From: Mobula hypostoma
Taxonomy: Eukaryota
Direction: 5' to 3'
Assembly: GCF_963921235.1 (NCBI RefSeq)
Contig: NC_086108.1
Location: 70,186,001-70,250,000 of the forward strand
Length of the DNA: 64,000 nt
In this document: piece by piece, positions 51,401 to 64,000 of the stretch
How the letters are laid out: each line of letters starts with the position of its first letter
Numbering within the stretch: the first letter of the stretch is position 1
Made by a program: the position numbers and the translations under genes
The notes under the pieces: generated by a model
Seen by the model: the letters and a program-made list of their open reading frames with translations, nothing else
Database searches by the model: none
What the model was told of the DNA's origin: nothing

Positions 51401-52196
51401 TCTACAATACTCGTATTTCATAAGAAGTCATTTTGTGAATCAAAGTGAGGTTAAAAGTTTCAAGGTTTTATGATCTGCCATAGTTGCTGTGGGTCAAATA
51501 ATTGTTGTATACATTCAATTAACCCTTTTATTCAAATGTTTAGCAGTGCAAAAAAAATCTGGATTTACAGCCATATCAGTAACTTTCATGAAAAGTGATT
51601 CAAATGTTCTTCCAATGTTTATTGATTACACTACCGATTTTTATTTAGCAATGTGTACAATCCTTTCAGGAATTAAGTTATCAAGAATAATTACATTTTA
51701 GAGTCTTAGCCATTTGGGCAAATCCTATGTAATAGAATTAATTTTTGTAGTTCACAGTATAATACTGTAAATTTTTGATTATAAGGGATAGGAATCTATG
51801 AAATTACATAATTTTCTGTACATTGAAATTTTTATTATATGAAAATTAATTAAATATAAAGGTAGTTATCAGATTACAGATTGCGAGTTTGATAATTTAA
51901 CCACCTAAAAAAAAAGTTCCAGTGCTTTTCCTCCATTTCAAATTAACTTGTTCTGTAAAAACAACTGCAGCAGCACTTCAGACTGGTGTAATCGTTCCAG
52001 CCCTTCATGTTAATCAAATTATTTTCCAATGAGTACCTGACACACTGCATTCCTCCAGGATTTTGTGTGTTGCTCCAGGTTTCCAGCATCTGCAGTCTTC
52101 CAATGAATTTTTGATCTTGGTTATATATGAAGCCAAGGTTAGGGTTCTCACATTGGAATGTAAAACCTAGAATCAAGCTACTTATTTCCTGACTCA

Positions 52197-52640
52197 AACA
52201 GGAGGAGATCTGCAGATGCTGGAAATTCAAGCAACACGCACAAAAAATGCTGGTGAACGCAGCAGGCCAGGCAGCATCTATAGGAAGAGGTACAGTCAAT
52301 GTTTCAGGCCGAGACCCTTCATCAGGACTTATCTGAAAGAAGAGATAGTAAGAGATTTCAAAGTGGGAGATCTGAAATGATAGAAGACAGGAGGGTTCCC
52401 CCCCCCCACCTTTCTTTCTCCCTAGGCCTCCTGTCCCATGATCCTCTCCCTTCTCCAGCCGTGTATCCCTTTTGCCAATCAACTTTCCAGCTCTTAGCTC
52501 CATCCCTCCCCCTCCCACTTTCAAATCTCTTACTATCTTTTCTTTCAGTTAGTCCTGACGAAGGGTCTTGGCCTGAAACATCGACTGTACCTCTTCCTAT
52601 AGATGCTGCCTGGCCTGCATTCACCAGCATTTTTTGGGTG
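52197..52640. mobile_element. Fold-back Penelope-like hammerhead element (copy 3, longest and more diverged)
   Basis: 14 bp TSD TATTTCCTGACTCA (52183-96 / 52641-54). Inverted arms of about 130 bp around a pyrimidine-rich spacer. Hammerhead motif on + at 52551-52586. Confidence 0.85.
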
Positions 52641-53001
52641 TATTTCCTGACTCAGCTGGACATGCTGACTCATTTGAGAGTCAACGAGTTTGTGAATAGG
52701 AGTAATCAGGTTACTGCCCCATAACAATCTAGTGACTCATTGATTTCCTGTCATTCATTTTGAAAACCAACAATTTTGAACATTGTAACTTTTGGGGGAA
52801 GTCATTTCACTCTTTTCAATACCCCCCCCAAAAAAATAAATATTTTAATTCCCTCTGTTTTATTTGCCATGTCTGATCAAGTTATGTGATGATCTTCCTG
52901 GGATTTTTTTAATGTTCCTGAAACTAGTGATTAAAAATATATTTCAGCAAGAAAGCACCTCTTTCAAATTTTCATGATCTCTTTCACTTTACTACATCAC
53001 T

Positions 53002-53330
53002 TGTGTATCCCATCCACTACATAATGTACTGGATGGACACAGGAGTACATTCAGCCAGAGACTCATTCCACCAAGATGCAACACTGAGCGTCATAGGAAG
53101 TCATTCCTGCCTGTGGCTATCAAACTTTACAACTCCTCCCTTGGAGGGTCAGACACCCTCAGCCAATAGGCTGGTCCTGGACTTATTTCCATCTGGCATA
53201 ATTTACATATTATTTAATTATTTATGGTTTTATATTGCTATATTTATACTCTATTCTTGGTTGGTGCAACTGTAACGAAACCCAATTTCCCTCGGGATCA
53301 ATAAAGTATGTCTGTCTATCTTATCTATCT
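53002..53330 (+). mobile_element. Rex-Babar/L2-type LINE 3' end
   Basis: RKSFLPVAIKLYN-like C-terminus, caataaagta followed by a (TCTA/G)n tail, possible TSD atcact. Confidence 0.65.
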
Positions 53331-53629
53331 ATCACTGTGCTGGAAACTTGCTCTATGATAATCCTGGCCATGAATTGCAATAGTATGTTAATTTTGGCAT
53401 TCTCAATCGCTTAATATTTTAAATAGGTATCCTTTTCATAACTTCCCATTCATTGGTGTAACCCATCATCTACCTTCCTTGCAAATATGTTTGCTAAATA
53501 GTCATTTTATATTTCATCATATCTTCTGTCTTTATGGATAATTTTTTTCTCCTTGCTAACTGCTAACCTTTTATACATTTATAGAATGCTTTAAGATTCA
53601 ATGCAATGACATTGCAAATATTTTCACAT

Positions 53630-53798
53630 CAAAGTTGCTGGTGAATGCAGCAGGCCAGGCAGCATCTCTAGGAAGAGGTACAGTCGACGTTTCGGGCCGA
53701 GACCCTTCGTCAGGACTAACTGAAGGAAGAGCTAGTAAGAGATTTGAAAGTAGGAGGGGGAGGGGGAGATCTGCAGAATTCCTTGTGTTTACGTTTTT
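53630..53798. mobile_element. Penelope-like hammerhead element (copy 4, second arm reduced to the terminal extension)
   Basis: 14 bp TSD AAATATTTTCACAT (53616-29 / 53799-812). One arm plus the inverted terminus atctgcagaattccttgtgttt. Confidence 0.85.
53682..53717 (-). ncRNA. Minimal hammerhead ribozyme motif, best-preserved copy
   Basis: The minus strand reads AGTC-CTGACGA-A-GGG(TCTCGG)CCC-GAAA-CG-TC-GACT: stem I AGTC/GACT, core boxes intact, palindromic ACGT in place of helix III. Confidence 0.72.
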
Positions 53799-54297
53799 AA
53801 ATATTTTCACATTCTTGCTTTGGCTTTTTATTTACTTTTCCATTTTTTCCCATGGGTTTCACAACCTTGATAGTTATTAACTGAATAGTGTTCCTGATAT
53901 TTGTTGCAATCTTTTTTGTTTTCTTATAACATGCTTAAAGGACACATAATACTGAATTCTTTACCAACAGTTTCTCACTGTGGTTTTGTTTGTCAATTGT
54001 CTTTCCTTTAGTATTGAATTTATCTTCACTGAAATCTAGGATATTAGAGAAGTTATTAAATGTATTTTTTTTAACCAAATAGATCATGCTATCATCTCTG
54101 TTTGTTATGGGGTCCTTTTGTATTGTATTATTTAATAAGTTTGAGTAATTATTTACTTCATATTCAGAATGGTCAGTTGCTGAATCACTCTGGATGTAGT
54201 GGTCCAGAAAATTATCTTGTATAGTCTCCAAAAATTTACTACATTTCTGACCTGATGCATCCTTCTATTCCTAATTGATGTGAAAACTAATGTTTCC

Positions 54298-54886
54298 TGC
54301 GAGCAGACTTTAGATGACTCTCCTAATGATTTATACTGCTCTTCTCATCAACGCAGTAATATTGCTAACGTAAGCACCCCTAGTCTAAATGTTTACTGTT
54401 TTTGTTTTTTTTTTGGAAAATAGAGAATTAATACAAGTAAAGGAAAAGATTTGGGTAAGGGATTAAAAAATGATAAAATTAAGTAAATAAGTACATAGGA
54501 ATTGGATAATTATGTTTGGGGGCAGGAGCAAGCATGAACAAGTTAGGATATAAACACCTACAATGGTTGTTACATAGGCTTACATACAACATTTTGGACC
54601 AGTAGAAATGGTCCAGAAGAGATATATGGAAACTATTACTTATCCACTATTATTACTATTTTTCTTAACAATTAATACCATTACTCAGCCTAATAGATTA
54701 GAATTTCCACTGTACATAATTATCTATTTAAGTGTCTAATTTCTTTCTATATCATCTCAATGTGTACTTAATGTATAAATAATTATAGTTTTATACATAT
54801 AAAAAAAGGAAAAGGTTATACATGTGAAAAAAGTACATGATACTTGTGAATTCCTTATCCAAATAAAAATAAAATTAAAAAAAAAA
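54298..54886 (+). mobile_element. 5'-truncated copy (3' UTR) of the same L1 family as 24100-29924
   Basis: Closely similar to about 29356-29924; poly-A tail; 16 bp TSD GAAAA(C/T)TAATGTTTCC (54282-97 / 54887-902). Confidence 0.95.
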
Positions 54887-57179
54887 GAAAATTAATGTTT
54901 CCAGTCAGAAGATCTTTGCTTTTACTGCTAAATTGTTACAGTCCATATTTGTACATTGCTGTTAGAGAGTTACAAGAATTGGGCTGAATGATGTTCAAGG
55001 AATTATAATGTATTTTCAGGTCTGGATTGTTATGATTTAAAGGAAAACTTGCAGGGCTTAGTATTCTGAGTCCTTTGTCCTGCCAGATAGAAGATTTTTT
55101 TGGGTTTGGATGGTACTACTGAAAATGCTCTGGAGAGTTACTACCATGCATCTTGTAGGTTATAAATACTGCAGTGGTCAGGTAAAGAAATGATTAAGAA
55201 AGATAGCTGAAATGTGAATCAAACTGAATATTCTGCTTACTGTTGCATTGAGCCATCAAAAAGATACCACTAAGTGTGATGGTTATGGAAAACCATAAGT
55301 TCAGTCACTCATCTCAGAAAATGAAGCCACTTGTGACCACAATATTTATGTGTTTATTTTAATTTCTGGTCAGTAGTCACCCTCACTCAGGATTTAGCTT
55401 TTGTGGTATCTGGTGGTGATAATACCTTTTGAATGAAAAGGGATAGTTAAAACACCTATTGTGTATGATCATTGTTTTTTTTAAGGCAGGGATATTACTT
55501 ACCCTCATTATTCAGGTTTCATTGCATGAGGGCATAAACAGGATTTGCAAATGGAATTTAATAGTTATCTTGTCAGCAAAAATCCCATTTGCGGTCTGAT
55601 ATTGGCAGGGAAGTTTATTGACAAATCAACCAAAGAGGTTTGACTTTAGGTTGCTCTCCTGATGAGTGTCAGCAACAACATCCTGTGTCTTTCATTTTAC
55701 TCCAGATTTTTCTTTAGATATTTAGGGAATCAATGGGATATGTAATAGTGTAGAGAATCATATTGTTGTTGACATTTAGCATGACCACTTAAAAACAAGT
55801 GAAGACTGTTTCTCCCACTTTACAGAGGGAAAAGTCTAGTCAAATGTCCATGACAGTTACCTTTTTCCTCTGAAATTGAGCTTTTCTGTCCATACGGAAA
55901 TGAAGATTAAACTGAGTCATGGAGATTGGCGGACCTCATGGAATCAAACTGAGCATTTGTAAACTGGCAAGAAATTGTGGTTGGATCATGTGTTATGCTT
56001 TAAGGATGTTTTTTTTAAAAAGCAGTTGCTCTGCATAGACTCAAGCTAATGCATTTGTGGGCACAAATAGAAATGCTAGTCATTGATATGACAGGTAAAT
56101 AAGTTCAATTGTTTATGGTGTGCAGGGGAAGAATTAAAATAGTAAAAATACAGGTTTGAATGTGAAATTCTGAATTTGAAAGTATTGATGAAATGGCGGA
56201 ATAGACTCAATGGCCCAATTCTGTTCCTGTATCGACAAAAATACAAAATAATATTTGCAAGGATGATACCTGGACTGTAGAATTACATGTCAGGAAAATT
56301 ATACATAGAATAGGCCTTTTTTATTTCTGAAGAGAAAGTTGAAATCTGATAATAGGAGTACTTGAAAACAATTGAAATACTTTGATAGGTGTAATACTTC
56401 ATCCATTTTGTCCATGGACAGTAACAAAATCAGATGCCCTTATGCAAGGTCTCAACCCAAAAGGTTGACGATTCCTTTCCCCTACAGATGTTAATCTGAA
56501 TCAGGTTTATTATCACTGACAGATTGTATGTTGTGAAATCTGTTGTGGCAGCAATACAGTGCAAGGCATAAAAGTTATCTGGATGCTCTGGGTTTTTTCC
56601 ATATTCCAAATAAAAGTTTAGAGTTAGTAACTTGTGGATATGCTATTTTGAGGCGTGGTGACACTTGCAGGCAGCCGCAGCACAATCCTTCTTGATTTGA
56701 ATTTGATGCAAATTGTGCATTTCACTGTATATTTCAATGTACATATGACAAATAAAGGGAGTGCTTGTCCAAGATGGAACTGGCTGAGTCTACAATCCTC
56801 CGTCGCCTCTTGCAACCCTGTGCATTGGAGGCTCCATTTCAGCTTGGAATGCTGTCCACTGTAGATCTGCAGGAATTTGCAGGTGGCAAATAAATCTCTT
56901 CAGACTCCACACTGAGGAGTGTGAACTCAACCCACTGTATTCCTCCAACAATTTGATTTTTTTGCACTGGTAACCTATTAGAATTTGGTGAGGTTGCAGA
57001 AGTGGTTGTAGTATGGATGCATTTAAGAGAAAGCTATGTAAGCACATAGGGAGAAGGGAATAAAGTGTAATAATGAGAGAAAAAAAATCACTGCAGAAGA
57101 GAGAGGAAAAGAAATCTCAGTAAAAACAAAACCTTGGTGTGAAAAAAAACTCAATCGGAGTCAAGTCCACAGTGGTGCA

Positions 57180-57980
57180 AGAGTTAAGGCATAATGTTCC
57201 ATTGCGGAAATAGAATTGTGCAAGTTGGTTCAAGTCCCTGATGTTTATAGGAAAGTAGTTGTTCCTAAACTTGGCGATGTGGGACTTCAGCATTTTATAC
57301 ATCCTGCCTGACAAATGCATTGAGAAAAGGGTATGACCTGGATGGTGGATTTCCTTGACTATAGGTACCACTTTCTTGAGGCAGAGCTTGCTGCTGATGT
57401 TGCAAATGGTGGTGAGGGCAGTGCTCACTATTCTCTGCAGCCCCTTGCCTTCCTGTGCATTGGATATGCTGTGTCAGGTCATGATGCAACCAGTAGGTAT
57501 ACTTAAAATAGTGCATCTGTAGATATTTGTTAAATGATTTGTTTTGGAAATTTTGTTAGAAGCGTCTAACAAAGTAGAGGTGCTGACATGCTTTCTTTGT
57601 GTTTGCATCTATTTGTTAGGTTACTGGATATGTTAATACCCAAGAATTTGAATGGCCTTAATTACTGATCCACCAATGAGAACCTGCAGATGATACCCTG
57701 ACTTTCCCTTTCAGAAGTCAACAATGGACGACTTGGCTTTGTTGATATCAAATATGATGTGATTGTTGTAGCATCATTCAATGAAATGTACCATTTTACT
57801 CCTGTATACTGAGTCATCACCATCCATGAGTTGGCTAACAGCAGTGGTGTAATTGGGCGAATCTATAGATGGCATTGGAGCCTTGAACACATTTGTGGAT
57901 GAAAAGAGAATAGAGTGGGGTGCTATACAATATTTTGCAGCCTATGGGTGTACTGCATGATATTGTACAACAAAGAAAAT
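57180..57980 (-). mobile_element. Degenerate Rex-Babar/L2-type LINE fragment
   Basis: Minus-strand CLKKVVPIVKEIHHPGHTLFSMHLSGRMYKML..FRNNYFP, and an RFA..TTAV remnant near 57850. Confidence 0.65.
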
Positions 57981-58344
57981 TTTCAACCTCATTCAAACAA
58001 ATAATTGGGAAATTTATCAATTTTGTAAATAAGGTTTATTGTCATTTGTTTCTTGTATTTCTGTTACCATGATTCTTTTATTTTCTGTCTATTTTTAAAA
58101 AATAAATACAGAATATTAAAGGTTATTGGTGTCTGTCCTGTTTGGGACACCTGATCACAGAAACTTTGTGAGGGAAGACACTTTGGGGAAAATGTTATGT
58201 TTCAGTTGAAGTTAATACTTAACCTGCCCTCTTTAAGAGCAAAATGAGATTAGAGCAGATTAGTTATTCCTAGCATCATCAATAGTATAAAAACAGGTAA
58301 CAATATTCGGAAGTGAACAATATAATTAAATGTTAGCATGACTC

Positions 58345-58940
58345 TTGAGTTGAGGTCTCTGTTGGTCAGGGTTAACCATGGATGTTGCATCCTGGCTGTC
58401 TAGATATGCAAGCCTGGGCAGTACAATATGGAGAGCAAGCTGTTGCCCATGCAGCAACCTCCCCCTCCCCCCCCCCACGCATTGGATGAGCCCAAAGGAA
58501 CAGCAGAAACCAATATAGTTTGGCACCAGTCGCACCACAGGAATTGACAGTCAGTGTTGAGCTGAACATGGGAATTCTTTATGGACTCCAGCTTTGGATT
58601 TTTCCCTCAGAATTTACTCCCAGAGCCTTCCCAGTGAGTGGGTATAGCTACAAGGCTGCAGATGTTTGAGATTGGCGTTTTCCTTGTAGATGAGCTGCCA
58701 ATCACAGCTGACAAGCCCCATCTGCCTGAAGCAACTGGTTTTAAGGCCCCAGTAACCCAACTTTGCCCCTTCTCCTGTCAGTAGAGACAGATCAGCTGGG
58801 CTTAGGAGCTAAACCACACATGAAGGCCAGAAGCTGGACTTGGTTGTCAGAGGCTATTTGAGGCACACGCCATTGGGAGCATTTAATAAGTAGTGGGAGC
58901 TTGTTCTCATCACCATCCCCAGCTATAACTACCTTAAGGA
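58345..58940. repeat. Probable interspersed repeat of undetermined class
   Basis: GC-richer block with fairly sharp boundaries in an AT-rich background. No diagnostic ORF. Confidence 0.35.
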
Positions 58941-59769
58941 ACCAAACATGAGAGTATGATGAGGAAATTGTGTTTCACTTATGAATTGGAATTCTCTGAG
59001 GATAATCCTCTATTCAATCATTCAGAAAACCTGAAGTTTTGGTATCAGGCTCACTGGGACCCTATCCCCATTCTCTGCCCTGTTTTGAGTGTTTGTTTAA
59101 AATTCACTAAAACTTCCTTTTTCATGTTTCTTATAAGTTCATTAGTGAACTATTTTTAATGCTCCATTTAATCTCATTTAGATTTTGTATCTCATCCTTT
59201 CTTTAAACTCTGGGTCAATGACAAGAAAATTACAGTACAAGAAACATTTAAATTAAAGTGAATTCAAGGTGGTTTGATGCATGAATATAAGTGAAGACTG
59301 ATAGTTTGGGAAATCTAATCGGTCTTGAGAATGCTATATTGAAACGTTAAAGCCTGCTTGGAAATTTGAGGGTGCAAGCTGCCAGATATTCTGGACAATT
59401 GCATTTATTTCTACATACAACACACTTTTAAGTTCATTTTTAATATGTTATACAGAATGATAAATTTTAGAGTGACAAGGACTGTGGGGGAAGCTGGACC
59501 ACAGCAGTTGGAAAAAGTGAACCCGGTCCCCAGTAAGTGAAATGGAACACAGGAACCAGTTTCAGATGAATGAAAAGGCAATGTGCAGAATAAATCCGAG
59601 TGAGTTAAATGGCAACCAGGTGTCTGAGGCCCTGCTGAACAACAGAGAACTCAGGAACCAGGACCCTATGAGTGGAAACAAAATATAGCAAACTATATGA
59701 TGAGCCAAATACTGAGCCACTGGGAATTATTGAACAGTCAGTCAGATGTTCTTCTGAGATGCTCTTTAT

Positions 59770-61170
59770 CTTTATCTTTAACCTTTTGCTTCAACAATCT
59801 GAGGTACCCACCTGCTTCAAGCAGGTATCAATTATACTGGTGAGGAAGAGGAATATGGCAACCTGCCTCAATGACCATCATCCAGTAGCATTTGCATCTA
59901 CAGTATTGAAGTGTTTTGAGAGGTTGTTGATGAAGCATATCAACTTGTGAATAGGAGGTGCCTTGGATCCACTCCAGTTTGCCCACTGACACAACAGGTC
60001 CACAGCAGATGCCATTTCATTGGCTCTCTACTCAACCCTGGAACATCTGGACAGCAGGGATACTTACATCAGGATGTTTTTTTTTTAATTACAACTCATC
60101 AACTCTCAAAACTAATCAATAAGCTTCAAGACCTCAATACCTTCTTGTGCAATTGAATCTGCGGTTTCCTCACTTCCTGACCCTCGTCAGTTCAGATTGG
60201 CAATGACATCTCCTCCACAATCTCCATCAGGCCAGGTTCACCACAAAGCTGTGTGCTTCGCACCCTGCTCTAGTTGCCTAGTACTTATGACTGTGAGGCT
60301 AAGCCTAACTTGAATGCCATATTTAAGTTTGCTGACAACACCACTGTTGTTAGCCAAATCAAAGATGGTAACAAGTCAGCATATAGGAGGGAGATTGAAA
60401 ATCTGGCCGAGTAGTGCCATAGCAACAACTTCTCACTCAATGTCATCAAGACCAAGGAGCTGATTATTGACCAGGAGGAGGAAACTGAAGGTCCATGAGT
60501 CAGTCCTCATCGGGGGATCAGAGGTTGAGAGGATCAGCAACTTTAAATTCCTCAGTGTTATTATTCCAAAGGATCTGTCCTGAGCTCAGAACATAAGTGT
60601 AATTGCGAAGAAAGCCTGGCAGTGCCCTTATCAGCTTTTCAAGGATTTGGCAGTACATATAAGCCTTTGACAAACTTCTATGTATGTGTGGTGGGGAGTA
60701 TATTGACTGGTTGTGTCATGGTCTGGTATGGAAACACCAATGCCCTTGAATGGAAGATTCTTCAAAAAGTCGTGGATATAGCCTAGTCCATCACTGGTAA
60801 AGCCCTCCCCACCACTGAGTACATCTACATGGAGTGGTGGTGTTGTAGCATCCATTATCAAAGTCCGCCCCCCCCACCAACTACCCAGGCCATGCTCTCC
60901 TCTCGCTGCTGCTATCAGGAAGAAGGTACAGGAGCCTCAGCACCCTCACCACCAGGATCAGGAACTGTTATTATTCCTCAACTATCAGGCTCTTGAACCA
61001 CAGGAGGAAAATTTCATTCAACTATCACAGAACGGCTCTCACAACTTAAGGACTCACTTTCAAGGACTCTTCATCTCGTTCTTGATATTTATTGCTTATT
61101 TATTCAACATCAAGGGTTGCATATGGAGACATATATGTACATTGATAATGCATTTATTTTGAACTTTGAC
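59770..61170 (+). mobile_element. Degenerate Rex-Babar-type LINE (RT through 3' end)
   Basis: VPTCFKQVSII..CLNDHHPVAFASTVLKCFERL, GSPQSCVL, FKFADNTTVV, FKFL and HALL..LLSGRRYRSL; tttgaactttga tail. Confidence 0.8.
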
Positions 61171-61177
61171 ACGAGGG

Positions 61178-61275
61178 AATACAAATGACAGAAATCTGCA
61201 GGAACTGAGCAGGTTGGGTAGCACCTATGGAGAAAAATAAACAGTCGGCATTTCGGGCCGAGTCCCTTTATCACT
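61178..61275 (-). mobile_element. Degenerate single-arm remnant of the Penelope-like hammerhead family
   Basis: gaaatctgcaggaactgagcagg..gcacctatggag..cagtcggcatttcgggccgagtcccttt; ribozyme core mutated. Confidence 0.6.
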
Positions 61276-61494
61276 TTATTTTTCAGAAAGTCTTTTCATA
61301 AGATTCTGCTCGGAATTCGTCAACAAGTTTAGAGCACTTGGAATTAGGATGCATAGTTTGAGAACTTGTTAACAGATAGAAAGTAAAGACTGGGAACAAC
61401 TGCACCTAGTTTCGATGCTCGTAACATATTACAGCTTCGAAATTTTGCAACTCTTTTATTCCTTCATTTGAAGCGCTTTGTCCAAGAATGTGGA

Positions 61495-62210
61495 TTTGAT
61501 TGGCTGTTCCTATTGCAGGTAAATTATAATCCAATTGGAGTTAGGTATTTTCACCCCGACGTGTCATTGCTCGGCAGTGATTATTTCCAAGATTGCTACT
61601 GGTGGATTGTTGGGAGTGCGAAGGCGTTGCTGGAGAGGAGGCGGGGGATTGGCTAGGTTGGATTGCGCAGCGCGATTGGCAGTTGGAGGGATTGTGCTCG
61701 TATTTTCCAAACGTCAAGCGCGTGATGGATGACTGTTGAGTTGCTATCGACGGCGGAGCAGGAATTGCTGCGGATCCCAGGCATTAAGACGCAGAGCGAA
61801 TAAAAGCGACGAAAGCGTGTGGTCGGCGACATCTTCGAATTGCGTTGGAAGCGATGAGCTTGTCCCGGGCAAGAAGAAAGCGCTGACAGCGACGTGACGG
61901 TTTATATGGTAAGGGTTGGTTGGTGTGCCTCCGGCCTGAGGGCTTTGTGGAGAATGCGGCTGCCTTGGACCGACGTCTGCTTGTGAAGCACATACTCTGA
62001 TGGTTCGAGTAGGCCCAGGCCGTCGCAATGGAGAAATTACCCCCCCCCCCCCCGTATTACCGTTCCGTCTTGTTTTAGAGGGTGCGTAATCGTTGAATGA
62101 ACCGACCAGGCACACAGATTAAAATAAACCAATGAATTATTTTGAAGGATGTAAGACGTGCCGTGGATCTTGTAGCAAAGCGGCTGTAAATGGCCCACGA
62201 CTTTTAATTG
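61495..62210 (+). promoter_or_regulatory. CpG-island promoter with probable non-coding first exon of the next gene (splice donor at 61909)
   Basis: CpG-rich and non-repetitive. ATTGG/CCAAT boxes at 61499, 61531, 61648 and 61675; GC box GAGGCGGGG near 61638; donor ATG|GTAAGG at 61908/61909. No coding exon visible downstream within the window. Confidence 0.7.
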
Positions 62211-64000
62211 ACGAAAATACTTGTAAATGCTATTTTCATTTGTAAAGTGTGCTCTGTTTCTTCTGAGAAAATGCAGGTTTCATTGGCATTTTCCAAGTAC
62301 GGATTTGCTGAGCATTTTTTTCGCCTTAAATGTGCCGCAGAATCTTGTTATAAGTTTTCTCATTATTCACCGTATGCTTCCTGCTGCAACTAGCAAACAA
62401 AGTTGGAGATTGCTCGAGAATTTTTGGGTATAAAACAAATAAAGAAATCAGTGATTGGATTCAATGGGTATCTTATAGATTGAGTAAAATTCTGCAAGCA
62501 ACTTCTACTATAGTTCTGGGATTTGGTTGATTGAAGCATGAGGTTCTCTGCTTTAAAGATTGAGCACAGTAGATCCGAAAACACAAAACACACAAATCAA
62601 GATTTGTATTTTTTTTGGGTCAGGTTTTCTATCCCGACATTGAAATGTTAAGCGTATTATTTGCTAAGATTGTTATTGTCTTTTTCCGAGTTATTGCTGA
62701 AAAGAGACAGACTTTGTAGTATTAGGTTTTATGACCAAAACAGATTATTATTGTGGTAGTTTGGAGCATTGTGCATGTAAAACTATGTAGAAAATATGAA
62801 TTTTAGAGGGTCGTGAAGTTAATTTCGCATGAGCTGGATAGCCTAAGTTTAAATAAGATGAGTTTATAAGATTAAAGATTTTGATTTTAAGTAGATATTT
62901 CAAAACTAGTAAGTGACCGAGTTTGATGTGTTTTTAAACGAACAAGGAATTTTGAATTATAACTGTTAGTATGTAAAATGCATTTGAACTAATTAGATAC
63001 TTTACAATATTGCAGCTGAGTCCCGCATAGAATTTACATTAGTAATATGATTTGAGGGGTAAATTCCGATCACGTTACCAGACTTTCCCCAGTTTGTGAA
63101 TGCCTGACTTGCGTAGTTGATACATATGAGTATTTGAGAAACTGGTAATATGAATTTACTGGGAACTTGCTTTGAGACCAGATTTTTGATTTGCAAGTTG
63201 TGCAGATTATGAACAATTTATAGGAATGGAACCTTGCAGGGGAGGTCCTGAATATGAAGAAGTTTCCTGCTTGTACTCAAACAATGTTGTGATATGTTGT
63301 CTACTTTGCGATTGCAGATGCACTTTGGATTGTTACTTCAACAGACGTTAGTTTGACCGCCCAGATTATATACTTCAGTGTCTGCAATGGGATAGGAGGA
63401 AATGTTCAGGAAATGGCAAATGTTTACTAAATGAATTTTCGACCATCTTGCATAAATCAATGCAATAAATGCCACTTGATTCCTTGCAGTTAGTTTTGGG
63501 AAAAAAAATTGCTGCAGACATTGGGTAATCAAGTGGAATTTTTAAAACGTGTGCATTAATGTCACACTAATGAGTCTTTGCATATTTTAGCGGTAAAACT
63601 TTGTAATTAGCTTAGTACAATTAAGTGTAGGAATTTAATTTAAATGCAGGACCAAATGAGATGAATTCAATAGAAAGGAATATTCATTTCTGCCAAGAGT
63701 GCTTTGGGATATCCAGCTGTACAATTATCTTGAAAGTCCTCCCAGAATCTTATTACTCCCTTCTATGTTATCCAGATACAAGGAGATTACCTTTCAACTG
63801 TAAATTAATGGCACAAACTTCTACTTCTGCACTGTCAGTTGTGACCCCTTATTGATTTTCAGTCTGAAACAGGCTTGGATGTGTTGATTTTAAAATCTTG
63901 TACCAGTGATAGGAAAGTTATTGGAAGAGATTATGAAGGACAAGACTTTTTTCATTATTCTTATCTAGCTCTACTGCTTAGTCTTTCTGTTTATGAAAAT

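Noticed and set aside
53935..54231. 98-aa Asn/Asp-rich minus-strand ORF
   Set aside because: AT-rich low-complexity sequence with no recognisable domain or supported splice structure. Possibly a decayed LINE remnant.
61744..62115. 123-aa minus-strand ORF in the CpG island
   Set aside because: GC-rich sequence is depleted of stop codons; no recognisable homology.

Overview
This is eukaryotic (vertebrate) genomic DNA, not prokaryotic. The repeat spectrum suggests a cartilaginous fish, probably a ray; that assignment is inference. The window holds the last four coding exons of BTF3L4 (a beta-NAC paralogue) on the + strand: 4234-4347, 23790-23991, 35368-35427 and 42878-42924. The first coding exon lies upstream of the window. 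An AT-rich 3' UTR follows, and a CpG-island promoter with a probable non-coding first exon of the next + strand gene sits at about 61.5-62.2 kb (ZFYVE9 if human synteny holds). Much of the remainder is transposable elements. These include a Tigger/pogo element with an internal hairpin, a near-intact full-length L1 just 108 bp after exon 4, a truncated sister L1, many CR1 and Rex-Babar/L2 fragments, and a 13.7 kb nested stack: a Tc1-like element with DD38E spacing containing an RTE LINE, three CR1s, a second Tc1 and two small hairpin elements. The most striking system is a family of short (about 170-450 bp) non-coding fold-back insertions. They have 13-15 bp target-site duplications, carry minimal hammerhead-ribozyme motifs, have one fixed end with a ~33-nt extension, and have arms that share copy-specific variants. 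They look like non-autonomous Penelope-like (retrozyme-like) elements. Nearly all ORFs in the supplied track are TE fragments or spurious.
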